Assembly: GCA_017451485.1 (NCBI GenBank)
Contig: JAFTOG010000046.1
Span: 3,630-67,629, forward strand
DNA: 64,000 nucleotides
Source: Clostridia bacterium
GTDB lineage: Bacteria > Bacillota > Clostridia > Oscillospirales > CAG-272
Reading direction: 5' to 3'
The notes beneath the pieces were generated by a model that saw nothing but the letters and a program-made list of their open reading frames with translations, had not been told where the DNA came from and did no database searches. Below, in pieces: positions 9,957 to 19,249 of this stretch. Numbering within the stretch: position 1 is the first letter of the stretch; each line of letters begins with the position of its first letter. The position numbers were made by a program, and so were the translations under genes.

Positions 9957-10961
9957 ATGCAGGAAAATTCACGAAAGATTAAATTGCTGAAGCTTTGGGA
10001 GCTTCTTAAAAATGAAACCGATGAACAGCATCCTATGGATACTGTTGAGATAATAGAAAGACTTGGCAGAGAGGGTATACTTGTTGACAGAAAGATACTG
10101 TACTCCGATATAGAGCTTTTGAATAATTACGGATACGAGGTAATGAAGGATCGTTCCAAAAGAAACAGATACTATGTTATGGACAGGGGCTTTGACCTGC
10201 CGGAAATCCGTATACTTATGGACGCAGTGCAGGCATCGGCATTTGTTACGGAAAAGAAGACCGATGAGCTTATCGGAAAAATCGCATTCCTTGCCGGAAG
10301 TAAAAAGGGTGAGGCTCTTAAAAAGAATGTTGTCAGATTCAGCTCTGTAAAAAGTCTTAATGAGTTCATTTTTTATTCTGTTGATACCATTGCTACAGCG
10401 ATTATAGAGGGTAAAAAGATAAGCTTTAATTATTTCAGCATTGATATCCACAAGGAGAAAAGCTACCGTACGGAAAGAAACAATCCGAATAAAATAAAGC
10501 TGTATAAGGTCAATCCTGTGGCTACGGTTTACGATAATGATCAATATTATCTTGTATGCTATGATGACAAGCATAAGGGTCTTGCCAATTACAGAATAGA
10601 CAGGATGGAACGGGTGCGTATTCTTGATGAGCCAATAACGGAGAATAAAGAGGTAAAAAAGATTGATATAGCTAAAAGAAACAGACAGATGTTCGGTATG
10701 TTCGGTGGAGACACCCACACAGTGAACTTCCACGCCGATAAGAGCCTTCTTGATGTTATTTTTGATAAATTTGGAAACAAGATAGAGCTTTTTGAAGCAA
10801 AGGACGGTAAGCTGTCCTGCAAAGCAGATGTGCAGATAGGACCTATGTTCATTGCCTGGTGCTGTTCATTTGGAGACAGACTAAAGGTGGTATCTCCCCC
10901 TTCGGTTGTAAAGGCAGTAAAGGAGCATCTTACAAAAACACTCGCTCAATACGATAATTAA
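9957..10961 (+). CDS. WYL-domain transcriptional regulator (wHTH-WYL-WCX)
   Basis: N-terminal LLKNETDEQHPM...DRKILYSDIELL HTH; WYL motif YYLVCYD...YRIDRM; C-terminal WCC.FG..LKVVSP. Start chosen by RBS. Confidence 0.9.
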   Translation: MQENSRKIKLLKLWELLKNETDEQHPMDTVEIIERLGREGILVDRKILYSDIELLNNYGYEVMKDRSKRNRYYVMDRGFDLPEIRILMDAVQASAFVTEKKTDELIGKIAFLAGSKKGEALKKNVVRFSSVKSLNEFIFYSVDTIATAIIEGKKISFNYFSIDIHKEKSYRTERNNPNKIKLYKVNPVATVYDNDQYYLVCYDDKHKGLANYRIDRMERVRILDEPITENKEVKKIDIAKRNRQMFGMFGGDTHTVNFHADKSLLDVIFDKFGNKIELFEAKDGKLSCKADVQIGPMFIAWCCSFGDRLKVVSPPSVVKAVKEHLTKTLAQYDN

Positions 10962-10995
10962 AAAATGCTTATGGCTGTTTGCCATAAGCATTTTT
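10961..10995. terminator. Bidirectional terminator between the WYL gene and rubredoxin
   Basis: Perfect 15-bp stem aaaaatgcttatggc / gccataagcattttt. Confidence 0.85.
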
Positions 10996-11005
10996 GCTTT
11001 TTGGA

Positions 11006-11164
11006 TTATGCTTCGCTAAAGCTATCCTTACCTACACCGCATAGAGGACATACAAAGTCCTCAGGCAGGTCCTCAAATTTTGTGCCGGGAGCAATACCGT
11101 TATCCGGGTCTCCTGCTACCTCATCATATTCCCAGCCACATACATCGCATATATATTTTTTCAT
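11006..11164 (-). CDS. rub: Rubredoxin (52 aa; missing from the ORF track)
   Basis: Translated by hand: [52 protein letters not shown]. Two CxxCG knuckles; RBS aaggag upstream. Confidence 0.97.
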   Translation of the reverse strand: MKKYICDVCGWEYDEVAGDPDNGIAPGTKFEDLPEDFVCPLCGVGKDSFSEA

Positions 11165-11191
11165 AATTACACTCCTTATTTTAATATGTAA

Positions 11192-11704
11192 TCAAAGCAC
11201 CAATGATGGTGCTGTGTAGACTCTTGTGCTAAGCTCCTGATTAAGCATATACAGGCTCTTGGGGTCTGAGCCGAAAAGCTCCATTTTGGAAATCAAATCA
11301 TTTGCATTTGTTTCCTCCTCGCCCTGCTCCTTTACGAACCAGTCAAGGAATTGCATAGTTCTGAAGTCTCTTACATCATATGCTGCACCGTAGATGTCAT
11401 TGATAAGGGAGGTTACATATATCTCGTGCTCAAGACCTGCCTTCAATACATCCATATCGGACTTAAATACCTTGTCAGGCTTATCAATAGCCTCTAAGGT
11501 AACCTCCATATTTTCATTCTGCAAATAGGTGTAGAAGAGTATTGCGTGGTCTCTCTCCTCCTGTGCCTGAACCATATACCAGTTAGCAAATCCGTCCAAG
11601 CCCTTAGCCTTGAAATAATTTGAAAAATCAAGATAGAGGTAAGCTGAGTAAAACTCTTTATTTATCTGCTGATTAAGAAGCTCATGTACCTTTTTATTTA
11701 ACAT
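11192..11704 (-). CDS. ftn: Non-heme ferritin
   Basis: Ferroxidase motifs NKEFYSAYLY, QAQEERDHA, FLDWFVKEQGEEE. Confidence 0.95.
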   Translation of the reverse strand: MLNKKVHELLNQQINKEFYSAYLYLDFSNYFKAKGLDGFANWYMVQAQEERDHAILFYTYLQNENMEVTLEAIDKPDKVFKSDMDVLKAGLEHEIYVTSLINDIYGAAYDVRDFRTMQFLDWFVKEQGEEETNANDLISKMELFGSDPKSLYMLNQELSTRVYTAPSLVL

Positions 11705-11721
11705 TGTCTTATCTCCTTTGT

Positions 11722-13512
11722 TTACTTTATTTCCTCAAAGTCTGCGTACCCGTGCTTGCAAAGTGGACACACTATATCCTCAGGGAGCACATTTCCCTCG
11801 TATACCCAACCGCAAATTTTGCATACATATCCCTTTTTACCATCCGTTTCGGGCTTGGGCTTAACATTTTCAAAATAGTATGAATATGTCATTGTCGGCT
11901 TGTCAGACAATACTCTTGCTTCACTTACGGAGCAGATAAACATACCGTGTGTATCAAGGTCTATATACTGCTCAACATTAAGGGACATAAAGGAATTAAT
12001 ATACCTGGGCAACACTACAAGACCGTTATCCGAACGGAGTGGCTGGCAGTCTGCAAACTTATCTACATTTCTTCCACTTACAAATCCAAAGGACTCAAAT
12101 ACCTTAAAGGGAGCATCTGTTGTAAGGCAGTTAATGTTCATCTTGCCCGTCTGCTTTATAATATGGTGAGAATAGTTATCTTTATTTATTGTTACAGCTA
12201 TTCTGTTTGGAGAATTTGTAACCTGGGTAATGGTATTTACAATGAGACCGTTGTCCTTTTTACCGTCATTGGATGTTACTACATAAAGACCGTAGCCTAT
12301 ATTGAAAAGAGCAGTGGGGTCGTTCTTGTTTGCAGCATCACTCTGCAATGCTAAATATTCCTTGCATAGCTCATTTGCAAGTTCGTCAAGCTGAGCAGAG
12401 CTATCCTTGCTAAGAGCAGAGTTAATTTTGACAGATGTGTCTGCAAAAGTGATATTTTTACTCTTAGATAGCATCTCACGCATTACCTTTGCAGCCAAAG
12501 GAGCCCAGCTTCCGTTTTCTATAAGTGCTATTGTACGGTTGGAGTAATTTCTTTCTGTAAGGTGATTAATAAACTCTCTCATAAAGGGGAATATATCTGC
12601 ATTATATGTTGTAGTTGCAAGAACAAGCTTATTGTATTTGAATGCCAATGCTACAGCCTCAGACATATCACCTCTTGCAAGGTCGAAAAGAACCACACGG
12701 GGAGAGCCATTCGCCTTTAGCTTTTCAACAAGCTGAAGGACAGCCTTTTTTGTGTTTCCGTATACGGAGGTATACGCAACAAGTATACCTTCTTCCTCGG
12801 GCTGATAGCTGGACCATGTATTGTAAAGACCCAAATAGTATCCGAGGTCCTCCTTGAGTACTGGACCGTGGAGCGGGCATATCATCTGTATGTCAAGGTT
12901 AGCGGCTTTTTTGAGAAGAGCCTGCACTTGTGCACCGTACTTTCCAACAATACCTATATAATACCTTCTGGATTCATCGATCCAAGGCTCATCGATATCA
13001 AGAGCACCGAATTTTCCAAAGCCGTCAGCAGAGAAGAGAACCTTGTCATAGCTGTCATATGTTACAATAACCTCGGGCCAGTGCACCATGGGAGCAGTAA
13101 CAAAGGCAAGAGTATGCTTACCGAGAGATAGGGTATCTCCCTCGCCTACTACTATTTTTCTGCCCTCATAGTCAGAGCCGAAGAAATTCACCATCATGGC
13201 AAATGCCTTGGCAGAGGATACGATTTTTGCTTTAGGAAAGGTTTTCATAAATGTATCTATATTTGCTGAGTGGTCGGGCTCCATATGCTGTACAATTAAA
13301 TAGTCCGGCTTTCTGTTGCCCAATATGTTTTCAATATTATCAAGCCACTCGTGTGTAAATCCGGCATCAACTGTATCCATAATAGCTATTTTATCATCTA
13401 TTATAGCGTAGGAATTATAGGATATTCCGTTGGGGACCTTATACTGTCCCTCAAAAAGGTCGACTCTGTGGTCGTTTACTCCTATATACTTAATATCATT
13501 TGTAATAATCAT
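11722..13512 (-). CDS. fprA: Flavodiiron protein (FprA) fused to flavin-reductase and rubredoxin-like domains
   Basis: Diiron motif HMEPDH, HWPE, SADGFG; flavodoxin YTSVYGNT; flavin reductase IGYGLYVVT; C-terminal CKICG...CPLC. Confidence 0.93.
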   Translation of the reverse strand: MIITNDIKYIGVNDHRVDLFEGQYKVPNGISYNSYAIIDDKIAIMDTVDAGFTHEWLDNIENILGNRKPDYLIVQHMEPDHSANIDTFMKTFPKAKIVSSAKAFAMMVNFFGSDYEGRKIVVGEGDTLSLGKHTLAFVTAPMVHWPEVIVTYDSYDKVLFSADGFGKFGALDIDEPWIDESRRYYIGIVGKYGAQVQALLKKAANLDIQMICPLHGPVLKEDLGYYLGLYNTWSSYQPEEEGILVAYTSVYGNTKKAVLQLVEKLKANGSPRVVLFDLARGDMSEAVALAFKYNKLVLATTTYNADIFPFMREFINHLTERNYSNRTIALIENGSWAPLAAKVMREMLSKSKNITFADTSVKINSALSKDSSAQLDELANELCKEYLALQSDAANKNDPTALFNIGYGLYVVTSNDGKKDNGLIVNTITQVTNSPNRIAVTINKDNYSHHIIKQTGKMNINCLTTDAPFKVFESFGFVSGRNVDKFADCQPLRSDNGLVVLPRYINSFMSLNVEQYIDLDTHGMFICSVSEARVLSDKPTMTYSYYFENVKPKPETDGKKGYVCKICGWVYEGNVLPEDIVCPLCKHGYADFEEIK

Positions 13513-13542
13513 AATCGCTTTACCTCTGAGCTCGTTAGTATT

Positions 13543-13581
13543 TTATAAATAAATTATACATCATTCAATGGTAAATATCAA
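13543..13581 (-). promoter_or_regulatory. Sigma-A promoter of fprA-ftn-rub with an AT-rich dyad overlapping the -10
   Basis: Minus strand TTGATA-17-TATAAT followed by TTAT TTATAA. Confidence 0.6.
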
Positions 13582-13586
13582 TAATT

Positions 13587-14282
13587 TCAATCAAGAATTT
13601 TTCCGTCTGTGGAAATTGTTACTACTTGCCAAGGTATAAACTTTCCACTTCCTTGTATAGCTTTTTTAACTGCGTTTTCTATACCTCCGCAGCATGGGAC
13701 CTCCATACGGACAACCTTAACGCTTTTAATATTGTTTACTCTTATTATTTCCGTTAACTTCTCAGCATAATCACCTTCATCAAGCTTTGGACAGCCTATC
13801 AGTGTTATGTGATTCTTTATAAAGTCATTATGGAAATTACCGTATGCATATGCACAGCAATCTGCAGAGATAAGCAGATTTGCATTATCAAAATAAGGTG
13901 CATTTACCGGAACTAATTTTATCTGGCACGGCCACTGCATAAGTCTGCTTTGTACAGATATCCGTGTGTCACATATTGTATTGTCTCTTTGGATGCTTTT
14001 TGATTTTGTGCCCGGGCATCCACAGGGGAGCTTATTCTCGAGCTTCTGATTTTTTGCTTTTAAAACAGCAGCCTCGTTATATGCAGGTGCTTCTCGCAGC
14101 TCGAAGGTTATTGCTCCTGTTGGACAAGCGGGAAGACAGTCTCCAAGTCCATCGCAGTAGTCCTCTCTTGTAAGCACTGCCTTGCCGTTTATCATTTCAA
14201 TGGCTCCCTCGTGGCATGCCATGGCACATGCTCCGCAGCCATTACATTTTTCCTTATTTATTTTTATTATCTTTCTTAGCAT
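13587..14282 (-). CDS. 4Fe-4S dicluster protein (family often found next to Crp/Fnr and hcp)
   Basis: CNGCGACAMAC, YCDGLGDCLPACP, CGCPG, QWPCQIKLVP, RMEVPCCGG. Confidence 0.9.
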   Translation of the reverse strand: MLRKIIKINKEKCNGCGACAMACHEGAIEMINGKAVLTREDYCDGLGDCLPACPTGAITFELREAPAYNEAAVLKAKNQKLENKLPCGCPGTKSKSIQRDNTICDTRISVQSRLMQWPCQIKLVPVNAPYFDNANLLISADCCAYAYGNFHNDFIKNHITLIGCPKLDEGDYAEKLTEIIRVNNIKSVKVVRMEVPCCGGIENAVKKAIQGSGKFIPWQVVTISTDGKILD

Positions 14283-14294
14283 AATGTCCTCCTG

Positions 14295-15335
14295 TCAAAA
14301 GCATTTTCCGTCTTTGCAATCCTCAGTGGTACCAAAACGATAGCAAAGCTCATTTGGGGATTGCTCTTTTGTTAAAATATCTGATATATTTTTTACGGTT
14401 GTTTCTGCTATATTCATCAGTGCCTCCTCTGTCAAAAATGCCTGATGAGATGTTACTATTACATTTGGCATAGAAATAAGTCTTGCCAGAATATCATCTT
14501 CGATAATATGTCCCGAGAAGTCCTCAAAGAAGAAATCTGATTCCTCTTCATACACATCCAGGCATGCTGCCCCTACCTTACGGGATTTTATTGCCGATAG
14601 CAGAGCCTCTGCATCCACTAATGCACCTCTTGAGGTGTTAAGAATTATAACTCCTTTTTTGCATTTATTAAGGGCACACTCATCTATCAAATGATAGGTA
14701 TCCTCTGTAAGAGGGCAATGGAGTGAAATGATATCACTGTTGGCAAGAAGATAGTCAACTGATACATATTTTACAGTATCACCGTTGTCAAGACCGGGTG
14801 TCGGAAATTTATCGTAAGCAAGAACTCTCATACCAAAGCCTCGGCAAATATCCATAAACACCTTTCCTATTTTTCCCGTGCCTACTATACCGACCGTTTT
14901 ACCGTGGAGGTCAAAGCCCGTCATACCCGACAAGCTGAAATTAAAATCTCTTGTACGGATATACGCTTTATGTATTCTGCGTACTGATGTAAGCAAAAGA
15001 GCCATAGTATGCTCGGCTACTGCATAAGGGGAATATGCGGGAACTCTTACAACATGTATTTTGCCGTGTGCGTATTTCATATCCACATTATTAAAGCCTG
15101 CACAGCGTAATGCCACCACCTTGATTCCTAATTGACAAAGACGGTCAATTACATTGGCATTGACTGTATCGTTTACAAATACACAGACGCCGTCATATCC
15201 CGAGGCAAGCTCCACAGTATCCTCATTGAGCTTAGTTTCATAATATTTGAATTCAACACCATTTTCCTTTCCAAATCTGTCAAATGATGACTTGTCATAG
15301 GACTTAGTGTCAAAAAACGCAATTTTCATTTTCAT
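14295..15335 (-). CDS. ldhA: D-lactate / D-2-hydroxyacid dehydrogenase (copy 1)
   Basis: LRCAGFNNVD, VPAYSPYAVAEH, GTGKIG, NTSRG, LDVYEEE, TSHQAF. Confidence 0.88.
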   Translation of the reverse strand: MKMKIAFFDTKSYDKSSFDRFGKENGVEFKYYETKLNEDTVELASGYDGVCVFVNDTVNANVIDRLCQLGIKVVALRCAGFNNVDMKYAHGKIHVVRVPAYSPYAVAEHTMALLLTSVRRIHKAYIRTRDFNFSLSGMTGFDLHGKTVGIVGTGKIGKVFMDICRGFGMRVLAYDKFPTPGLDNGDTVKYVSVDYLLANSDIISLHCPLTEDTYHLIDECALNKCKKGVIILNTSRGALVDAEALLSAIKSRKVGAACLDVYEEESDFFFEDFSGHIIEDDILARLISMPNVIVTSHQAFLTEEALMNIAETTVKNISDILTKEQSPNELCYRFGTTEDCKDGKCF

Positions 15336-15341
15336 TCCTCC

Positions 15342-15400
15342 TTGCTTTTCTGGTTATATTATAGTATAATAGAAACAGAATTTCTGTTGAATTTTCAACA
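15342..15400. promoter_or_regulatory. Overlapping divergent promoters with a Crp/Fnr-type palindrome TGTTG-N6-CAACA (15385-15400)
   Basis: Plus strand TTGCTT-17-TATAAT (15342-15370); minus-strand TATAAT at 15358-15363; palindrome tgttgaattttcaaca. Confidence 0.65.
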
Positions 15401-15413
15401 AAAGGAGAAAAAA

Positions 15414-16073
15414 TTGAAAAAATATTTTACCATTTTAAGAAAATGTCCCCTGTTTGACAGCATAAATGACAATGACCTTACTGCATTGCTTTCCTGCCTT
15501 GGTGCAAGGGTAAATGCTTTTGATAAGAAGTATACTATTTTTTCAGAGGGCAGTCCCGCAAGATATGTAGGGATACTCCTTTCGGGCTCGGCACAGATAA
15601 TAAAAACAGATTATTACGGTAATAGAAGCATTGTATCTGCCATTAGCCCCTCGGAGCTTATAGGAGAGGCGTATTCCTGTGCAGGAGCAGAGTCCATTCC
15701 CGTTTCCATAGTTGCAAATGAGCCATCGGAAATAATGATAATAGAGTGTGAGAGAATTTTACATTCCTGCTCCAACAGCTGTTCATTTCATCAGCAGATG
15801 ATTTTTAATCTGATGAGAAATTTAGCTGTAAAAAATATAATGCTTCACAAGAAAATAGATGTGACATCAAAGCGTTCTACAAGGGAAAAGCTGATGACTT
15901 ATCTTATGATTGAGGCAGAAAAACAGGGCTCCAGTCGATTTTCAATTCCCTTTGACCGTCAGGAGCTGGCTGACTATCTTGAGGTGGATCGTAGTGGACT
16001 CTCTGCAGAAATAAGTAAGCTCCGTGAAATGGGTGTCATAAAAAGCAATAAAAAGCAATTTGAGCTTCTATAG
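15414..16073 (+). CDS. Crp/Fnr-family transcriptional regulator
   Basis: cNMP-like domain (GILLSG...GEAYSC) plus C-terminal HTH RQELADYLEVDRSGLSAEIS. TTG start after AAGGAG. Confidence 0.93.
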   Translation: MKKYFTILRKCPLFDSINDNDLTALLSCLGARVNAFDKKYTIFSEGSPARYVGILLSGSAQIIKTDYYGNRSIVSAISPSELIGEAYSCAGAESIPVSIVANEPSEIMIIECERILHSCSNSCSFHQQMIFNLMRNLAVKNIMLHKKIDVTSKRSTREKLMTYLMIEAEKQGSSRFSIPFDRQELADYLEVDRSGLSAEISKLREMGVIKSNKKQFELL

Positions 16074-16113
16074 CATAAAATTTTTCCCCAAGACAGAACA
16101 AAAAATACAGTAA

Positions 16114-16146
16114 AAAAAGAACTAAACGGATTGTTTAGTTCTTTTT
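16114..16146. terminator. Bidirectional terminator
   Basis: aaaaagaactaaac-ggatt-gtttagttcttttt. Confidence 0.8.
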
Positions 16147-17290
16147 ATATGTTCTCTAAAATATCAGAGAGAATGTAGTTACTTACAAAAAATCCCTTTG
16201 GAGTAAAGGCATATGCTCCGTTTTTTTTGCATATGTACCCGTTTTTTTCGTACATTGCATTTTTTTTGTAACGGCTATCAAAGCTTATACCGAACCTTTC
16301 TTCAAACTCCTTTACATTAACCCCGTCGGACAGGCGAAGTCGGAGCATTACATATTCGTCAATTTTCTCATCCTTAGTAAGAGGGGTATCGGCTTCGGCT
16401 ATCTTTTTGGGTTCATTCCCACCCTCTAAAGCCTTTTCATATTCCTCTATGCTTTCGCTGTAAGAATAACGCCCACCGTCAATACAGGAGTGAGCTGCCG
16501 GACCAAATCCCAAATAGTCCCTGGACAACCAATATTTCATATTATGCGTGCTTTTTTTACCCGGCTTTGCAAAATTGCTTATCTCATACTGCTCATATCC
16601 CATTTTTTTAAGTCTGTCACATAGGGTAATGTACATTTTATATTGCTCATCCTCGTCAGGGAGAGAAAGTGTGTCTCTTATTTTATAAAAGAGAGTGTTT
16701 TCTTCTATTTTCAGGCAGTATGCAGAGATATGCTCAGGAGAAAATTCGCACACTCTGTCAACAGTTTCTATAAAATCCTCGGTTTTCTGGTTGGGTAAGG
16801 CGTACATTACATCAACGCTTATATTGTCTATTCCGGCTGATGAGAGAAGCCTGTAGCTTTCCTTGAAATCCTCAAAGGTATGTATTCTGCCAAGCATCTT
16901 AAGATCATTATCCGATGCAGACTGCAGACCTATGCTCACTCTGTTAATACCGATGGACTTGTATGATTTGGCCTTTTCCTCTGTCAGCGTACCGGGATTT
17001 GCCTCTATTGTAATTTCACAGTCTTTGGTAAGATGAAAGCTGTGATGTATTGCATTGAGTATTTTTTCTATCTGCTCCACGCTTAGAATTGACGGTGTAC
17101 CCCCACCGAAAAAGACGGTATCGACTTGTCTTTTACTGTATTTTTTACCTTCCATATCTATGTGTAGACAAAGAGAATTTATATAGCGTTCTATCCCCTC
17201 GTATGCCATGCAACCGAGGGAATAAAAATCACAATAATTACACTTCTTTACGCAAAAGGGAATATGGATATATAATCCTAAGCCTTTCAT
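16145..17290 (-). CDS. hemW: Radical SAM heme chaperone HemW (HemN-like)
   Basis: [35 protein letters not shown]; directly downstream of lepA. Confidence 0.92.
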   Translation of the reverse strand: MKGLGLYIHIPFCVKKCNYCDFYSLGCMAYEGIERYINSLCLHIDMEGKKYSKRQVDTVFFGGGTPSILSVEQIEKILNAIHHSFHLTKDCEITIEANPGTLTEEKAKSYKSIGINRVSIGLQSASDNDLKMLGRIHTFEDFKESYRLLSSAGIDNISVDVMYALPNQKTEDFIETVDRVCEFSPEHISAYCLKIEENTLFYKIRDTLSLPDEDEQYKMYITLCDRLKKMGYEQYEISNFAKPGKKSTHNMKYWLSRDYLGFGPAAHSCIDGGRYSYSESIEEYEKALEGGNEPKKIAEADTPLTKDEKIDEYVMLRLRLSDGVNVKEFEERFGISFDSRYKKNAMYEKNGYICKKNGAYAFTPKGFFVSNYILSDILENI

Positions 17291-19104
17291 TTCTCGCTAT
17301 CATCCAGCTTAAGAACAGCCATAAATGCCTCGGGAGTAACCTCTACAGAGCCAAGACGACGCATCTTCTTCTTTCCTTCCTTCTGCTTTTCAAGGAGCTT
17401 CTTTTTACGGGTAATATCACCGCCGTAGCACTTCGCAAGTACATCCTTACGGAGGGCTCTGACAGTTTCTCTTGCTATAATCTTAGATCCAATCGCTGCC
17501 TGTATCGGAATTTCAAAAAGCTGGCGGGAGATATTGTCCTTAAGCTTTTCAGCTATTTTTCTTGCTCTTGTATATGCTTTTTCGGAGTGTACTATAAATG
17601 TAAGGGCATCTACAACCTCACCGTTGAGTAGGAAATCAAGCTTAACAAGACTGCTTTCCTCATAATCGGCAAACTCATAATCCAGGGATGCATATCCACG
17701 GCTTCTGCTTTTAAGTGCATCAAAGAAGTCGTATACTATTTCGTTCAAGGGCAGAATATAGTGTAGCTCCACTCGGGTAGCATCAAGATATTTCATATCC
17801 TTAAATATGCCTCTACGGTCCTGACAAAGGTCCATAATACCACCGACAAATTCTGTAGGAGTAATAATATTTGCCCTGACAGTAGGCTCATATGCCTTAG
17901 CTATGGTATCTGTAGGAGGATAGTTGGAGGGATTGTCTATAAATACGGTCTCTCCATTGGTTTTATCTATCTTGTAAATAACGCTTGGAGCTGTTGTAAT
18001 AAGGTCAAGGTTGAATTCTCTTTCCAGTCTTTCCTGTATAATTTCCATATGCAGAAGTCCAAGGAAGCCACAACGAAAGCCGAAGCCAAGTGCAATGGAT
18101 GTTTCTGCCTCAAAGGAAAGGGCAGCATCGTTAAGCTTTAGCTTTTCAAGAGCATCACGGAGGTCATTGTATCTTGCTCCGTCTGCGGGATATATACCGG
18201 AGAATACCATTGGGAGAGCCTCCTTAAAGCCATCAAGGGGCTCGGTGGCACCGTTTTCAGCTGTGGTAACGGTGTCACCAACCTTAGTCTCTGAAACTGT
18301 TTTTATACTTGCTGTAATATAGCCAACCTCTCCTGCCTTGAGCTCCTCTCCTTTTTCAAGACCGAGAGCATTGAGATAGCCCACCTCAACAACATCATAG
18401 ATTGCACCGGAGCTCATCATTTTAATTTTGTCTCCTGCCCTTAATGTGCCATCAATAACACGCACATAAACCACAACACCGAGATAAGCGTTGTAATGGG
18501 AGTCAAAAATAAGACATTTAAGAGGAGCATTTTCATCTCCCTTTGGAGCAGGGATATTTTCCACTATGGCATCAAGAACTGTATCAATATTAAGTCCAAC
18601 CTTCGCAGAAACTGCAGGACAGTCCTCTGCTACTATACCGATAACATCCTCTATTTCCTTTCTTACCCTGTCCACATCGGCACTGGGGAGATCTATCTTG
18701 TTTATAACAGGCACAATTTCAAGGTCGCAGTCGACGGCAAGATAAGCATTTGCAAGGGTCTGTGCCTCTATGCCCTGTGTGGAATCCACCACCAGAAGAG
18801 CACCCTCACAGGCATTTAGCGAACGGGATACCTCATAGTTAAAGTCAACATGGCCGGGAGTGTCGATAAGATTAAGTACATATTCCTCTCCGTCCTTGTG
18901 GGTGTAGTTTATTCTTACAGCTCTTGCCTTGATGGTAATGCCTCTTTCTCTCTCCAAATCCATATTGTCAAGGAGCTGTGCCTCCATTTCACGCTTGGAA
19001 ACAGCATTGGAGTATTCCAGAATACGGTCGGCAAGAGTTGATTTACCGTGGTCAATATGTGCAATAATAGAAAAATTTCTTATTCTTTTCTGCTTTTCGT
19101 TCAT
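17287..19104 (-). CDS. lepA: Elongation factor 4 (LepA)
   Basis: [50 protein letters not shown]. Confidence 0.99.
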   Translation of the reverse strand: MNEKQKRIRNFSIIAHIDHGKSTLADRILEYSNAVSKREMEAQLLDNMDLERERGITIKARAVRINYTHKDGEEYVLNLIDTPGHVDFNYEVSRSLNACEGALLVVDSTQGIEAQTLANAYLAVDCDLEIVPVINKIDLPSADVDRVRKEIEDVIGIVAEDCPAVSAKVGLNIDTVLDAIVENIPAPKGDENAPLKCLIFDSHYNAYLGVVVYVRVIDGTLRAGDKIKMMSSGAIYDVVEVGYLNALGLEKGEELKAGEVGYITASIKTVSETKVGDTVTTAENGATEPLDGFKEALPMVFSGIYPADGARYNDLRDALEKLKLNDAALSFEAETSIALGFGFRCGFLGLLHMEIIQERLEREFNLDLITTAPSVIYKIDKTNGETVFIDNPSNYPPTDTIAKAYEPTVRANIITPTEFVGGIMDLCQDRRGIFKDMKYLDATRVELHYILPLNEIVYDFFDALKSRSRGYASLDYEFADYEESSLVKLDFLLNGEVVDALTFIVHSEKAYTRARKIAEKLKDNISRQLFEIPIQAAIGSKIIARETVRALRKDVLAKCYGGDITRKKKLLEKQKEGKKKMRRLGSVEVTPEAFMAVLKLDDSEK

Positions 19105-19216
19105 TATATAAATCCTTTCGGAACTGATTTCACAGTAATTTTATCATATCTTTATTTGATGTGCAAGTATTTTTTATGTTATAAAATGCTTTTTGCACAA
19201 AAAACTGTTAAAATCA

Positions 19217-19243
19217 AATAAGCAGGAAAAAATCCTGCTTATT
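19217..19243 (-). terminator. Terminator after the GT2 gene
   Basis: aataagcagga-aaaaa-tcctgcttatt. Confidence 0.7.
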
Positions 19244-19249
19244 CAATAT

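Noticed and set aside
9957-10961. Anti-phage defence island marked by WYL
   Set aside because: No nuclease, helicase, methylase or toxin genes adjacent; neighbours are surface proteins and redox genes.
10965-11219. 84-aa plus-strand ORF
   Set aside because: Antisense shadow of the rubredoxin gene, starting inside a terminator.
16145-19104. lepA-hemW linkage as a novelty
   Set aside because: Common Firmicutes gene order; only the absence of downstream hrcA-grpE-dnaK differs.
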